From the NCBI RefSeq assembly GCF_009914755.1, contig NC_060925.1: a stretch of DNA of 64,000 nt; one strand, given 5' to 3'. The notes under the pieces were generated by a model. It was not told where the DNA came from, searched no databases, and saw only the letters and a list, made by a program, of their open reading frames with translations. The DNA is from the human T2T-CHM13v2.0 reference genome, Homo sapiens. Position 1 is the stretch's first letter. Each line of letters begins with the position of its first letter. Shown here piece after piece: positions 1 through 18,020 of this stretch. Made by a program: the position numbers and the translations under genes.

Positions 1-97
1 AGATGGCGGTTGCAGTGTGCACATATTGTGGGCCACTGCACTGCAATCTGGGTGACAGAGTGAGACCCTATCTCAAAAAAAAAAAAAAAAAAAAGCT

Positions 98-1596
<1,499 letters not shown>

Positions 1597-1730
1597 TATG
1601 CCTGTATTTCTTAAAAGGGGAGCCAAAATTATGTATTTTGGTATCCATCTAGTTTACTACCGTGTTCCCAGTATTTTACACTGGGCATTGTATACAGTAG
1701 ACACCCAGAAAATCTTTGAATTTAAAATTA

Positions 1731-1901
<171 letters not shown>

Positions 1902-2799
1902 CTACTCAGGAGGCTTAGGCAGGAGAATCGCTTGAACCTGGGAGGCAGATGTTGCAGTGACCCAAAATCGCACCACTGCCCTCCAGCCTGGGCGACATAG
2001 GGAGAATCTCAATAAATAAATAAATAAATAAATAAAAATAAAATCAATTAAATTAGAACGTTTTAAGAAGCACTGCGCAGTACGTCGACCACAAGAAGTG
2101 CTCAAAGAAGGAAGAAAGAGTAAGCCGTGTGCAAGGAATGCTGCCGAAGCCACTAAGGGCAAGGGCTGATGTGGCGTGGTCTGCTACTTGAGTTGAGCCT
2201 TGCAGCTTTTCTCTTAGGAAGAGCATTAGATTTCTTTATTAATTGATGTGTACTGTGTCTACTTTTCTCTGGAGGTGCAGAAATCCATCAAAACTGATCT
2301 CGGCTCTCAAAGAGCTCACAGTCTTGTCGGGGAAGGCCCCGATACTTACAGAGTAAGATGCAAACTTACTGTGGGAACACAGGCATAGGGAGGAGCTAGT
2401 CAACTTTGAAAGCATCACAGATGACCTATGAGATGGGTCTTAAATGTTCAGAGACACTAGAGCAGAAATTCCGGAGGAAACCAGCCTGTGCAAAACTGAT
2501 AAACGCAGAGATTCTCAAATTTGTAGGTGGGTAAGAATCACCCGAGAGATCGGTTTAAAATGTAGACTGCAGGGAGACACTCCCCGGTAAACTTTTGGTT
2601 CAATACCCCAGTAGCACCCATTTTAACAAACTTCCCAGGACGACAGTCAGAAAATCATAGTTACAGAAGGCAGGCTGGGGAGAGGCGGTTTCTGGGTCTC
2701 CGAATGAGGTCACACAATTAAAATTAAAAAAACGAAACCAAACCAACCCCTCCATTTGCGTTGCGCTTTCAGGGTGCTTGAGGCTTTCCTGTGCCTTAC

Positions 2800-2905
2800 T
2801 TTGTCGGAGCCTGGCAACATCGCTGTGGGGTAGAAATTACAAGTCTCATTTCACAGGGGAGGAAACAAGTTTAGAGAGGAGGGATGAATTTGCTCAAGGT
2901 CACAA
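2800..2905. mobile_element. MIR fragment
   Basis: MIR core-like CATTTCACAGGGGAGGAAAC...TTGCTCAAGGTCACA. Confidence 0.6.
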
Positions 2906-3193
2906 AGCGGAAGGGAGCGCAGCAGAGACCAAAAACAGGGAGACTCGACTTCCAACTCGGAAGCTTTTCAACAAGGCAAGCTGGCCCGGAGTGGGTGGGG
3001 CTCAGACTCTCCCTCCAGGCTGGTTCCAAAATGGTGGGGGCAGTGGCGTCAGCAACGCCCCCGCCCCTTCCGTCCACCGCCCTCCTCCATCTCCAGGCCA
3101 CCCAGGCGGGGGGAGGGGACGGCCCCGAGCAACCCACGTGACCGCCGACAACCGAGCGCGTGACGCAAAGCGGCGGGCCCAACGCTCGCCTTG

Positions 3194-3213
3194 TCTTTTG
3201 GGAAACGTAGTTC
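3194..3213 (-). promoter_or_regulatory. ZNF143/THAP11 (SBS, ACTACAnnTCCCA-type) motif
   Basis: Reverse complement reads GAACTACGTTTCCCAAAAGA. Confidence 0.7.
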
Positions 3214-3250
3214 TGATGGCAGCCAAGTCGGCCAGGAGAGGAGGGCGTAG

Positions 3251-3270
3251 GACTACATTTCCCAGGAGGC
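3251..3270 (+). promoter_or_regulatory. ZNF143/THAP11 (SBS, ACTACAnnTCCCA) motif
   Basis: GACTACATTTCCCAGGAGGC matches the known ACTACAnnTCCCA core-promoter motif. Confidence 0.85.
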
Positions 3271-3279
3271 AGCGGGTCT

Positions 3280-3393
3280 ACGCCGTCGCCGTCGTCGGAG
3301 AGCGGAGACGCTGGGCGCGCTGTGGGGCGGGGGCGAGGTTCGGGCTGGTTGTTCCGTTGCGAGCTGCAGCTGCGATCTCTGTGGTAGGCCCAG
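3280..3393 (+). other. THRAP3: THRAP3 exon 1 (5'UTR); start approximate, TSS cannot be read from sequence
   Basis: Lies in the CpG island and ends at a consensus donor CAG|GTGAGT (3393/3394). Contains no ATG. Confidence 0.8.
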
Positions 3394-4229
3394 GTGAGTG
3401 AGCGCCTCTGATGGAAGTTAGGGCAGCTTAACCGGCTCTAGTGGTTTCGTCTCTTATCTTTTTTCCCCAGCTGCTGGTCAGGGGCTCGGGGAAGGCCTGG
3501 CGTGGAGTCGCTCCCCCCAGCTTACACCCTGGCCTCTTCTGAGCGGGCTCCGTTCCCTCCGGCTCCTCCCCTTCCCCGCCCTTTAGGTCTTCCCCTGGCC
3601 CCGGCCTAGCTCCCAAGGCTCTTGGTCGCCTTCTCTGCAGAGCAGCTCCTACGCCGCTTTATCTTGCAGTCGGCCTGGGGGCGGCCACTCCCTACTCCTC
3701 CCGTTTTGGTCGTATGAACCCCGTTATTTGGATTTCTTTTCCCGGAACTCCCGAGTGCCCTTCCCCCCACCCAGTCCCCATTGGCCTGGTTCGGTCTTCT
3801 CCTAGGGCGCATGTGGCTGCCACTCAGTAAATGTTAGTACCGCTTCCGTTCTTTCCAGCCTGGTGGCCAAAAACGGGATAGTCCAGATTTGTCTCCTACG
3901 GGAATATTAGAGTTCTCACTTTTTTCTTGGGCTGGAGCTGAGGCCGGCTTGCATTCCAGTGGCAATCGGCGTGAGTTCTGCTTATATGAGGTGAATTATT
4001 TTGCTTCTCTTAGCACCTAAGCAACTTTTATCAACTGTTGTCTTTGACTTTACAAATCTTAGGGGTGGAGCATGGCAGCAGAAGCTGGGGAGCAGCAATG
4101 GTGCACAGAAGTTGGAAGCCATCAGTGGCAGTACAGTGTTTATGGGGAATTTGTTAATTGGGGTGAAGGGAAAGCCTCTGAGAGTATAGAAGGACCTGGC
4201 AAGAGAGAGGCAGTGAAGCTTCTGTTGGG

Positions 4230-4420
4230 AGCATAACAGAAGTATCCTGAACCAGTTGGCTTGGGTTTAAATCTTGGCCCTGCTATCTTTTGATCTTAGG
4301 TCAAGAGTCTTCATCTCCAGCTGCCTCAGTTTTCTTATCACTAAAACAGCAGTAAGTAACAGTGACCCCTTTACAGGGTTATTGTGGAGACTAAATGAGA
4401 TAAAATAAAAATCACTTAGC
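4230..4420. mobile_element. MIR fragment
   Basis: TTGGGTTTAAATCTTGGCCCTGC...GCCTCAGTTTTCTTATC...AGGGTTATTGTGGAGACTAAATGAGATAA. Confidence 0.65.
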
Positions 4421-6680
4421 CACTGTTAAAAAGTAATATCATCATTTATAGGTTTTTTTTTTAGAGTGTGCGCCGAGAGAGATGAGGCGTGTATCACACC
4501 GTTATTTTTCTTCTGTTTCAGATGACCCTGACTTTTTTCGTTTGTGGAAGTACTGTTGTAGTCTGTTCTGTAATTCTAGACAGTCTGACGTGTGTATTAT
4601 GATTTAGAAGCTTGTTAAATAGCCAAAACCGGCTCCTGCCATGAACAACTTGTGGAGCAAATCGGGCTCAGTTTGTTCTTTGCCGGGAGATGTATTTTGT
4701 GAGCCAATGTTCATACGTTAATGATAAGTTTTACTGCAGCCATTTGGGCTTAATTGCATTTTGTAAGAGAGTTGTGTTGAGGTTTCTGTAAGAAGTGATT
4801 TGATTAAAAACCTCTATATCCAGTGTAATTCCATCTCTTTGTTTTTTAAACGTTTTAACACCAGAGAAAGATCTCCAATTTTGGAGACTGATGTTTTTAG
4901 TTTTGTAGACTAGGTACAGTTCAATTTTAGCAGTGGTGATGGTAGTAGTAGTACCACCTTAGTGTATTTATTTAATACCAAATATATAGGTACTTTTAAA
5001 TTTGGTTTAGCCTGCAAAATATGGATTACAAAAAGAGTGATCTATTTTGTTCCGAGGAATTGGAGGGAGGAAGCTTGGAATATTTCTGAGATTAGCACAG
5101 AGATGGGAAATGTTGATGACTGGGAGGGTACACAGACATACGATTTATTATTATTATTATTTTTTGAGACAAAGTCTCGCGCTGTCACCCAGGCTGGAGT
5201 GCAGGGGCACAATCTCGGCTCACTGCAACCTCCGCCTCCTGGGTTCAAGCGATTCTCCTGCTTCTGCCTCCTGAGTAGCTGGGATTACAGGTGTGTGTCA
5301 CCACGCCTGGCTCATTTTTGTATTTGTAGTAGAGACGGGGTTTCACCATGTTGGCCAGGCTAGTCTTGAACTCCTGACTTCAGGGGATCACCTGCCTCGG
5401 CCTCCCAAAGTGCTGGGATTACAGGCGTAAGCCACCGCGCCCGGCCACGATTTATTATTTTTAGAATGGATAGTCCTAACCACTAAGCATTTTAGGGCGC
5501 TACCCTGTTTCTGTAGGGCATATTGACATCCTGAATGCAAGGAAGTCTGGTTAATGCTATTCTCTCAAATACAGGGTTTTGGTGGATTTTTTCACACATA
5601 TTCTATAAACATCTAAGATCTGTTCACTGTTTGACTCTGGTTGATTGGGTAATTTATTCAACAAATACTACTTGAGAGCCTGTCATTTACCAGCTTCTGT
5701 TGTGGGCCTGTGAATATATTAGGGTGTGATGACAGATGAGGTCTTGTCTTTTGGAAACTTAACAGGATTGTTGGGGGCGGGGAACACAAAAGGTAAGCAA
5801 ATAAACTACAAATTGAGAAAAGTAACATAGAGGTGTCCAGTTCAGGACTCTGATAGACACTGAAAAGGGGGAGACCTAAGGGTGGTCAGTGAAGTTCTTT
5901 TTGGGGAGAGTGAGGAAACCAATTTGTAGGATGTCAAGGAGAGGGTATCCAGGTAGAGGAAACAGTAAGTGCACAAACTGGAAGATGGGAAGAATTTAGT
6001 GTGCTTTCAGAACTGAAGGGAGGCCAATTGTGTTTGACACTTTGGAGAGTGATTACAGATGAGTTGGAGAGAGAAGGTTATTAGGGAAGCCATTGAAGCC
6101 TTCTGATGGTAGGAAGGATTGCCGTCTCTCTCTTTAATATGTATAGACACATACATATATAACATTATTTACAACTTTTTTTTTTTTTGAGATGGTGTTT
6201 CGCTCTTGTTGCCCAGGCTGGAGTGCAGTGGCGCGATCTTGGCTCACTGCAACCTCCACCTCCCAGTTCAAGCGATTCTCCTGCCTCAGCCTCCCAAGTA
6301 GCTGGGATTACAGGGATGTGCCACCATGCCTGGCTAATTTTGTATTTTTAGTAGAGACAGTGTTTCTCCATGTTGGTCAGGCTGGTCTCAAACTCCCACG
6401 CTTAGGTGATCCGCCTGCCTCGGCCTCCCAAAAGTGCTGGGATTACAGGCATAAGCCACTGCGCCCAGCCTACAACAGATGGAGGGAGGAAGGAAGGGGT
6501 TTCAGGGGTGATTTATGTTTTAAAATCATTTCACAGAAGTATGGAAAATGGATTGTGAGGTATGTTAGTTAAGAGACCGAAGATGGTAGTTACCTGACAG
6601 AGCAAGAAAATAGAGATGGAAGAGCAAGAAGCAGAGATTGGAGGGTAAGTAGGTTTAATAGTCTCTGTAGGCTGCAGTGA

Positions 6681-7122
<442 letters not shown>

Positions 7123-7125
7123 TGA

Positions 7126-7347
<222 letters not shown>

Positions 7348-7704
7348 TGATCCGACCGTTTTGGCCTCCCAAAGTGTCGGGAAAGGTGTGAGCCAGCGCA
7401 TCTGGCCTAATTTTTGTATTTTTAGTAGAGACGGGGTTTTGCCATGTTGGCCAGGTTGGTCTTGAACTCCTGAACTCAGGTGATCCAACGGGCTCGGCCT
7501 TCTAAAGTGCTGGGATTACAGGCGTGAGCCACCACGCACAGCCTGCAGCAGGACATTACATCCTTAATCTATGGCCGGTGGACTCCAGGGAGCCCATGAA
7601 CTCTGTAAAATATTTTTGAATAGGGGTGCATTTTCTCAAGGAAAATGTGTTCTCCTTCTACCATATTCGTTAGAGTTTCAAAAAAGTTAAGAAACAATGT
7701 TCTA

Positions 7705-7827
<123 letters not shown>

Positions 7828-7954
7828 TTAGTGAGCTATGATTGCAGCACTGCACTCCAGCCTGGGCGACAGAGCCAGACCCTGTCTCTAAGGAAGAAAA
7901 AGGTAATTGCTCAAGGCTTACCAAGGCAGTAAGAGACATGGGTACCCTTTCTAA

Positions 7955-8221
<267 letters not shown>

Positions 8222-8461
8222 TGATCTGCCCGCCTCAGCCTCCCAAAGTGCTGGGATTATAGCGGTGAGCCACCGTGTCTGGTCTACAGTTTTTTTTTTT
8301 TTTTTTTTTTGTTTTTTTTTTTTTTGAGAATAAGTAGTATGTTTTAATGATGTGCTGTAGAAATTTTAGTTTCTTTTTGTCTAGAAGATAGGGGCTGGTT
8401 TTGCTCATAGTGAGGAAGCTGAAATTTGGTGAGTCCAATTTGACAAAAATTCATTTTCTAA

Positions 8462-8715
<254 letters not shown>

Positions 8716-8820
8716 TAGTAGAGATGAGGTTTCTCCATGTTGGTCAGGCTGGTCTCAAACTTCTGACCTCAGGTCATCTGCCTACCTTGGCCTCCCAAAG
8801 TGCTGGGATTATAGGCGTGA

Positions 8821-9179
<359 letters not shown>

Positions 9180-9609
9180 TAGTAGAGATGGGGTTTCTCC
9201 ATGTTGGTCAGGCTGGTCTCAAACTCCTGACCTCAGGTGATCCGCCCGCTTCGGCCTCCCAAAGTGCTAGGATTACAGGCATGAGCCACCGCGCCCAGCC
9301 CTGGCTAATTTTTTTTGTATTTTTTAGTAGAGATGAGGTTTCGCCAAGTTGGCCAGGTTGGTCTTGAACTCCTGACCTCAGGTGATCCACCTGCCTCGTC
9401 CTCCCAAAGTGCTGGGATTACAGGCTGGAGCCACCGCGCCCGGCCTAGAAAAGGAGCATTTTAAGTGTGCTTTCCTTCAGTGATTTATTTTGTCAGATGT
9501 ATACTCATATCTTTTGTAGTGTATTTTTCAGGTAATAGTGTTTCTTTGGAAGCGTAGGATGTGCTTTCTGCCACAGAGTTGAGTTATACCACTGAAAATA
9601 CATGTATTT

Positions 9610-9790
9610 AGGCAGATGTTTTCAACCTCTGCCTAAAAAGTTTTATGGACTAAATCCAATCTGCAGATATATTTTCTTTGGCTCATACAGTGTTGTACAT
9701 TTGAATTAGTTGTCAACATTTAAAAAGGAGATTTTGTGTAAAAATGTGGATTCAGGCTGCTTTTGAAAAAGCAGATCTGGCAGCCATGGA
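9610..9790. mobile_element. Old hAT-Charlie MITE (MER102-like)
   Basis: TTTGAATTAGTTGTCAACATTTAAAA...GAAAAAGCAGATCTGGCAGC resembles a recalled consensus; subfamily uncertain. Confidence 0.4.
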
Positions 9791-10890
9791 TCTGCTTTTC
9801 TGTTTTGCAGCAACCATCTTTTATAGTTGGGGCATGTCATTTCCAATTTGCCCTAGACCCTGCCAACAGTCTGACATGTAGCCCTGACCTGGACAGAGTG
9901 TTAGTTGGTATTTACTATTTTATACCTTTCTATTACTTGTCTATTTTCCATCTTTTATTACCTGTTCTGGATATATCATAGAGGTCTCTGATACTCCCAT
10001 TCATAGTCACTTTGCTGTCTTACATTATCATTGACCTTTTTTTTCTGTCTTGGTATCTTATATCCTTCGTTTGTTTCTTCTTAAAAAAAAAAAGATTTTA
10101 GGCAGCTTTGAAAGATGGAGTTGAAGCAATGCAGGGGGAACCCCCAAAACACTGAATTACTTTGTTTCCAAACTGAAGAAAAACAGACTTTTGGAGAGCA
10201 TAGAGGCATTGGTCTCACCCCTGCCGGTGCCTTGTTTAGCTGGTATGTGTTCAGTGTACTCACTTTTGTTCTGCTTGGTTTGCTTTATAGCATCTGGAAT
10301 GTTGTCACTGCATAGCTTGGCCTGTCTCAGAAGATAGAAGGCCAAGCAGAGTTGTTGAATGTCTCATTAATAAGACTTTTGGCTCTTGTCCTGAGACATA
10401 ACAACTAAGGTTATTCTATTGTTTTTTAAAATAATATACTGCTGTGAAGTCCATTGTATTGTTTTCAGTAGTGCCATGTGATTTTTTTGTGTGTATGTGA
10501 GGTTAACAACTCAATTTCCTTTTTCTCGATTTTAGTAAAAAGGATGGCATGAATAAAGGATTGATAGAGGAATGCATAGAGGTGAGACTGTATTGTAAAG
10601 TTAACGAGGAAGTTTCTTTACTCAGGGTCTTTCCTTTATAGCAGGGCTTCACAGAAGATGGTCCCAGTTTATCTAAAGACTATGTCCTAGAGTCTTGACT
10701 AATTCCTTTGGCTTGAAAGACTATCGGCTATCAGAAAAAAACTTTTAATATGAAAGTGATTGAGGAATTGGTCAGATTCCGGTGTTGGGTTGCCCAATAG
10801 AGAAAAAGATTTAGTGGCTGGGTGTGGTGTGGTTCACGCCTGTAATCCCAGCACTTTGGGAGGCTGAGGTGGGTGGATCACTTGAGGTCA

Positions 10891-11118
<228 letters not shown>

Positions 11119-11649
11119 TTAAATATAAGAAATTCTTGTTTCAGGCATAAGATGACCCTTTACATAGCCTTGCTTTGTATACTCATAAGTTCTTACTACT
11201 TAAGTGTTAAAGAGTTGCTGTATCACCTTGGCTTTGGCAGTTTTGATGTATCTTTGTACACATGTATCTATTACATTGGGAAATGTCCTGAAAGAGGCCT
11301 TTCTTGACTCCTCTATAATAGTACTCCTCTTCAAAAACTGTTGCTGTTTCCCTCCCCAACCCTACATTATTACTATATGACATGATATTTATTTTTAATC
11401 TATCGTGTTTCATCCTTCACGTCTTTAGAGAGTAAGAGGGATTTGTTTTATTCAATGTTGAATCTAGTCACTACCTAGGACATTGAGTTACGTAGAAGAG
11501 GCATAGTAAATATTGAAAAAAGGATGAGTTAATATGGGAATAAGTAAATAACTGGCTTGATGGCATTCTCTGAAGTGCTCCCATTGTCAAGTCCTAGTTC
11601 ACTCAGGTTCTGTTAAGTTAGCAGTTGAAAATAATTTGTACAGTGGTAG

Positions 11650-11895
<246 letters not shown>

Positions 11896-12175
11896 TAGGC
11901 ACATACCACCACGCCCAGCTAATTTTTGTGTTTTTAGTAGGGACAGGGTTTCACCGTGTTGGCCAGGATGGTCTTGAACTCCTGACCTCAGGTGATCTGC
12001 CCCCTCGGCCTCCCAAAGTGCTGGGATTACAGGCGTGAGCCACTGCACCTGGCCATCGAACTGTATTCTTAAGATGTGTACATTTATTGTGTGTGAATTA
12101 AAAAGTTGATTTGGCCTGGCGTGGTGGCTCACGCCTGTAATCCCAGCACTTTGGGAGGCTGAGATGGGCGGATCA

Positions 12176-12826
<651 letters not shown>

Positions 12827-13747
12827 TTAACATTTCATTTTTTCTTTTTCTTTTTATTTTGAGATAGGGTCTTGTTTTGTCACCCAGGCTGGAGTATGGT
12901 GGCGTGATCACGGCTAACCTCAGCCTGGACCTCTTGGGCCCAGGGAGTCCTCCCACCTCAGCCTCCTGAGTAGCTAGGACTATAGGTGCCCACCACCATG
13001 CCTGGCTAATTTTTGTAGTTTTATAGAGACAGGGTTTCACCATGTTGCCCAGGCTGGTCTCGAACTCCTTCCTCAGCTTCCCAAAGTCCTGAGATTACAG
13101 ATGTGAGCCACCACACCCGGCCAACATTTTATTTTTAAAAAGATAAAACTGATAAGTCCCCTAATACCCTTCTACCCTACCCCAGGGTTTATTCAAGCAG
13201 AGCACACATTTTGTGAAAGCCCTGGTGGGGCAGGGAGGTGTCTTCATTTCTTCCCCCCTGCTCACAGACAGATGGTGGTTGAAAAAATTCAGACATTACA
13301 GAAATAGGAAATGTAGAAAGTAAAAGTTTCTCATAATGTCATTCTTCAGGCCAGTGTTTGGATATATAGAAGAGATTTTTACTGTTATGGTATGTCGTAT
13401 GTATATATATTTTTTCCTTTGGTACTAGATGAAGGTATTTCTGAATAGTAAAGATAAAGAGGAACCGTGGAGGAGAAATAGGGATGCACTTCTTGGGTTT
13501 GTTTATTATGAAAGCTTAATATTTAGCATCTTGCTTCAGAAGAACTTAAATTGTAAAAGCCTGTTCTGATAATTCATCTTTTCCTTGGAAATTTAGAAGG
13601 TGACATTAATTCTTGGGTTAATGGTGAATGCTTTGTCTTATTCATTGTGTAGAACCTAGCTTGCCTCTTCTCTTCCTTTATTTCTGTTTCAGTCTTTTTT
13701 TTTTTTTTTTTTTTTTTTTTGAGATAGAGTCTCGCTCTGTCGCCTAG

Positions 13748-14011
<264 letters not shown>

Positions 14012-14309
14012 TAAATGGAGGTAGAAATCTCTGTCTAGCTGCAGGGGGGGTTATTGTGATGGTTAGATGATTAACCCAATGACAGGCACGTGGTAGGTAT
14101 TCAGCACATGAATATCATTATAATTTTCTTTTTTCTGTGAAGATTTTGACACCATAGATAATAATATTATTGTATATGGAAACAAGAAGATAGGTTGTTT
14201 GGTAACTATTTGGAAAAGGAAAGTAGTCATAAGAAGTTAAGTCTGAAAAGACAATGAGAAACACTCAGAACCCTCAACCCCACAGCAGTTGGAAAGAACA
14301 AAGGATACC

Positions 14310-14790
14310 AAAAAGGCAATATTTTAAGATAGTGAAGGATGGTGTAATTATTCAGTAAATGGTTCTAGAAAAATTGGTTGACCATTTTGAAAATTAGATT
14401 ATTAATACTGACAAGTCTCATATGAAAACCAGAGAGATACAGATGAAATTGAGATACCATTTTCTTCCTGAGATTTCCACCGTGACAAAAAAATATGATG
14501 ATTATTGTTGGTGAAGGTTTGGGGAAATTCTCAAACACTGCTGGTAGCAGTATAAATTGCTGTAGACTTTTCTAGAGGACAACACTATGTACTTCAAGGA
14601 ACACACCTTAAGGATTTCCTATTGGACAGGTCCTTAAAGATAAGAATAATCATTACAGTATTATTTATGTAAGTGAAAAACTGATAGCAACCTAAATATA
14701 TGCCACCATGGGACTGCTTATGGTACATTCATATAGTGGAATGCTAGGTAGAAAAGAGATGGAGACAGGAAAGTCATGTTTATTGACATA
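14310..14790 (+). mobile_element. Old L1 (L1M-type) ORF2 3'/3'UTR fragment
   Basis: GAGATACCATTT...TGTTGGTGAAGGTTTGGGGAAA...ACACTGCTGGTAGCAGTATAAATTG...ATGGTACATTCATATAGTGGAAT. Confidence 0.65.
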
Positions 14791-15319
14791 ATACAGTGAG
14801 TTTCAAAAAAGTCCAGGATTAATGCTTTTGTTTGGTTTAAAAACCTTTATGTCGGACTGGGCGTGGTTGCTCCCACCTGTAATCCCAGGACTTTGGGAGG
14901 CCGAGGTGGGCAGATTGTGAGGTCAGGAGTTCAAGACCAGCCTGGCCAACATAGTGAAACCCCGTCTCTACTAAAAATAAAAAAAAAAAATTAGCTGGGC
15001 ATTGTGGCAGGTGCCTGTAGTCCCAGCTACTTGGGAGGCAGAGGTTGCAGTGAGCCGAGATCGCGCCCCTGCACTCCAGCCTGGGTGACACAGCGAGACT
15101 CAGTCTCAAAAGAAAAAAAAAAAAAAACCTTCATGACAGACTGGGCGCAAAAACCAAACCTTTATGTCTCTCCATTTCCTCCTTGATCAGTGTCTATTAA
15201 GTATATGTTGAGCTCTAAAAATTTAGTTCATCAGTCATACTAGCTATATAGAACTACATAGATATAGGACATTTCATTCTCAGAAAGTTCTAGTAGAGAG
15301 ACAGTGCTGGTATACATTG

Positions 15320-15410
15320 CCCTTTTTCTTCCTTTCTTCCCTTCCTTCTTCCCCCTTTCCTTTTCCTCCTTCCTTCTCCCCACTCCAGTCTTCCTTCCCC
15401 TCCCTTCCCC
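15320..15410 (+). repeat. CT-rich low-complexity polypyrimidine tract
   Basis: About 90 nt, almost purely C/T. Confidence 0.9.
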
Positions 15411-16165
15411 TGAGCTTAACTGATCCTCCCACTTCCCCCTCCCAAAGTGCTGGGATTACAGGCTTAAGCTACCACTGCACCAGTCTACCTTGCCTCTTCA
15501 TATCTTTGTCAGCATCTTCTGCCGGGGCCGGCTAGTACATGCAGTTTTCCATCCTTAGATTTCACAGAAGAGTTTCCGAATTTCCTTTGTCATTTATGTA
15601 TCACCATTTTCATATTAACTAATTAAACTCTACCTCTCAGCCCACAATGGACATGTTCAGAATGCAGAGAGAATGCTGTTACCTCTATGCTGAAAGTAAA
15701 CAATTTGGGGACAATTTTACTGAACCTCTTAGCTCTGGAGTATGCATATATATAACTTTGAGTTTCTGTTCTTTAAAAACAATGCTGGGTGTGGTGGCTC
15801 ACAGCTGTAATCCCAGCACTTTGGGAGGCCGAGGCGGGCAAATCACCTGAGGTTAGGAGACCAAGACCAGCCTGACCAACATGGAGAAACCCTGTCTCTA
15901 CTAAAAACACAAAATTAGCCGGGCGTGGTGGCGCATCCCTGTAATCCCAGATACTGGGGAGGCTGAGGCAGGAGAATCGCTTGAACCTGGGAGGTGGAGG
16001 TTGCGTGCCATTGCACTCCAGCTTGGGCAATAAGAGTGAAACTCCATCTCAAAACAAAAAGCAGCTAGGTAGGGGCCGGGCATGGTGGCTCATACCTGTA
16101 ATTCCAACACTTCAGGAGGCTGAGGCAGGTGGATCATCTGAGGTCAGGAGTTCAAGACCATCCTA

Positions 16166-16354
<189 letters not shown>

Positions 16355-16357
16355 TCA

Positions 16358-16792
<435 letters not shown>

Positions 16793-17771
16793 TCAAACTC
16801 CTGAGCTTAAGTGATCTTCCTACATCAGACTCCTGAGTAACTGGGACTGCAGGTGTGTACCACCATGCCTGGTGATTTAGCAAAATTTTTTTTTCTTTTT
16901 TTTAATAGAGACGGGTTTCACCGTGTTAGCCAGGATGGTCTGGATCTCCTGACCTCGTGATCCACTCATCTCGGCCTCCCAAAGTGCTGGGATTACAGGT
17001 GTGAGCCACCGCGCCCGGCGATTTAGCAAATTTTTTGTAGAGACAGGGTCTCGTTTTGTTGCCCAGGGTAGTCTTAAACTCCTGACCTCCAGCCATCTGC
17101 CCACCTCAGCTTCCTCAGAGTGCTAGGATTATATGGGTAAAACATCGTGCTCAGCCTGAACTAGAATTTAGATTAAGTACCACATTTGATGTTACTTGAT
17201 TTTTCTGTTTGTGGGAAATTTGGAAATTAGGCATTAAGTACTTGCCTATGAGTGCTAGGCATTTATTGGAATGGAAATATGTGGTATGAAAAATCTTTTT
17301 TGATTCGTATCATTTTCAGATTTAATTCCTATCCAGATTATTTTTTTAGGGGTAGACTAATTTATTGCTTAGATTGGGGCTTCAAGTGTTGCCTTCAGGA
17401 TACTGGATATTTATGATGAGTGAGCTAAAGCTTGTTTAGTGTCTATTTTGGGGCTATGGTAGGCAGATCTCTTCCCACTGGTTAGTGTTATTACAGCTGT
17501 TGTGATGATCTCATTGAATGTAGCTAAAATGGACTTTTAGTCAGCAACACTTTTAGAAGATTTAGTGTAATGAGCGAGCTTTTCGGGCTTTTGTTTTGTT
17601 TCGTTTTTTTGGAGACAAGGTCTTATTTCATTGCCCAGGCTGGAGTGCAGTGGTGCAGTCATAGCTTACTACAGCCCCTCAAACTCCTGGGCTTGAAAGG
17701 TGACTCCTGATCCTGAGAGGATCGAGTGATCCTTCCACCTCAGCTTCACAAGTAAGTAGCTGGGACTGTAG

Positions 17772-18020
<249 letters not shown>

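Larger units (their letters stand above)
3040..3900. promoter_or_regulatory. THRAP3: CpG-island promoter of THRAP3
   Basis: Sharp rise in GC and CpG density. Contains a GC box (CCCCGCCCC ~3059-3067), E-box CACGTGAC (3135-3142), CRE half-site TGACG (3161-3165) and two ZNF143-type motifs. No TATA box seen. Confidence 0.9.

Noticed and set aside
2778-3401. 207-aa ORF across the promoter
   Set aside because: TTG start, begins in a MIR remnant, and stays open because GC-rich CpG islands are stop-poor. No recognisable domain.
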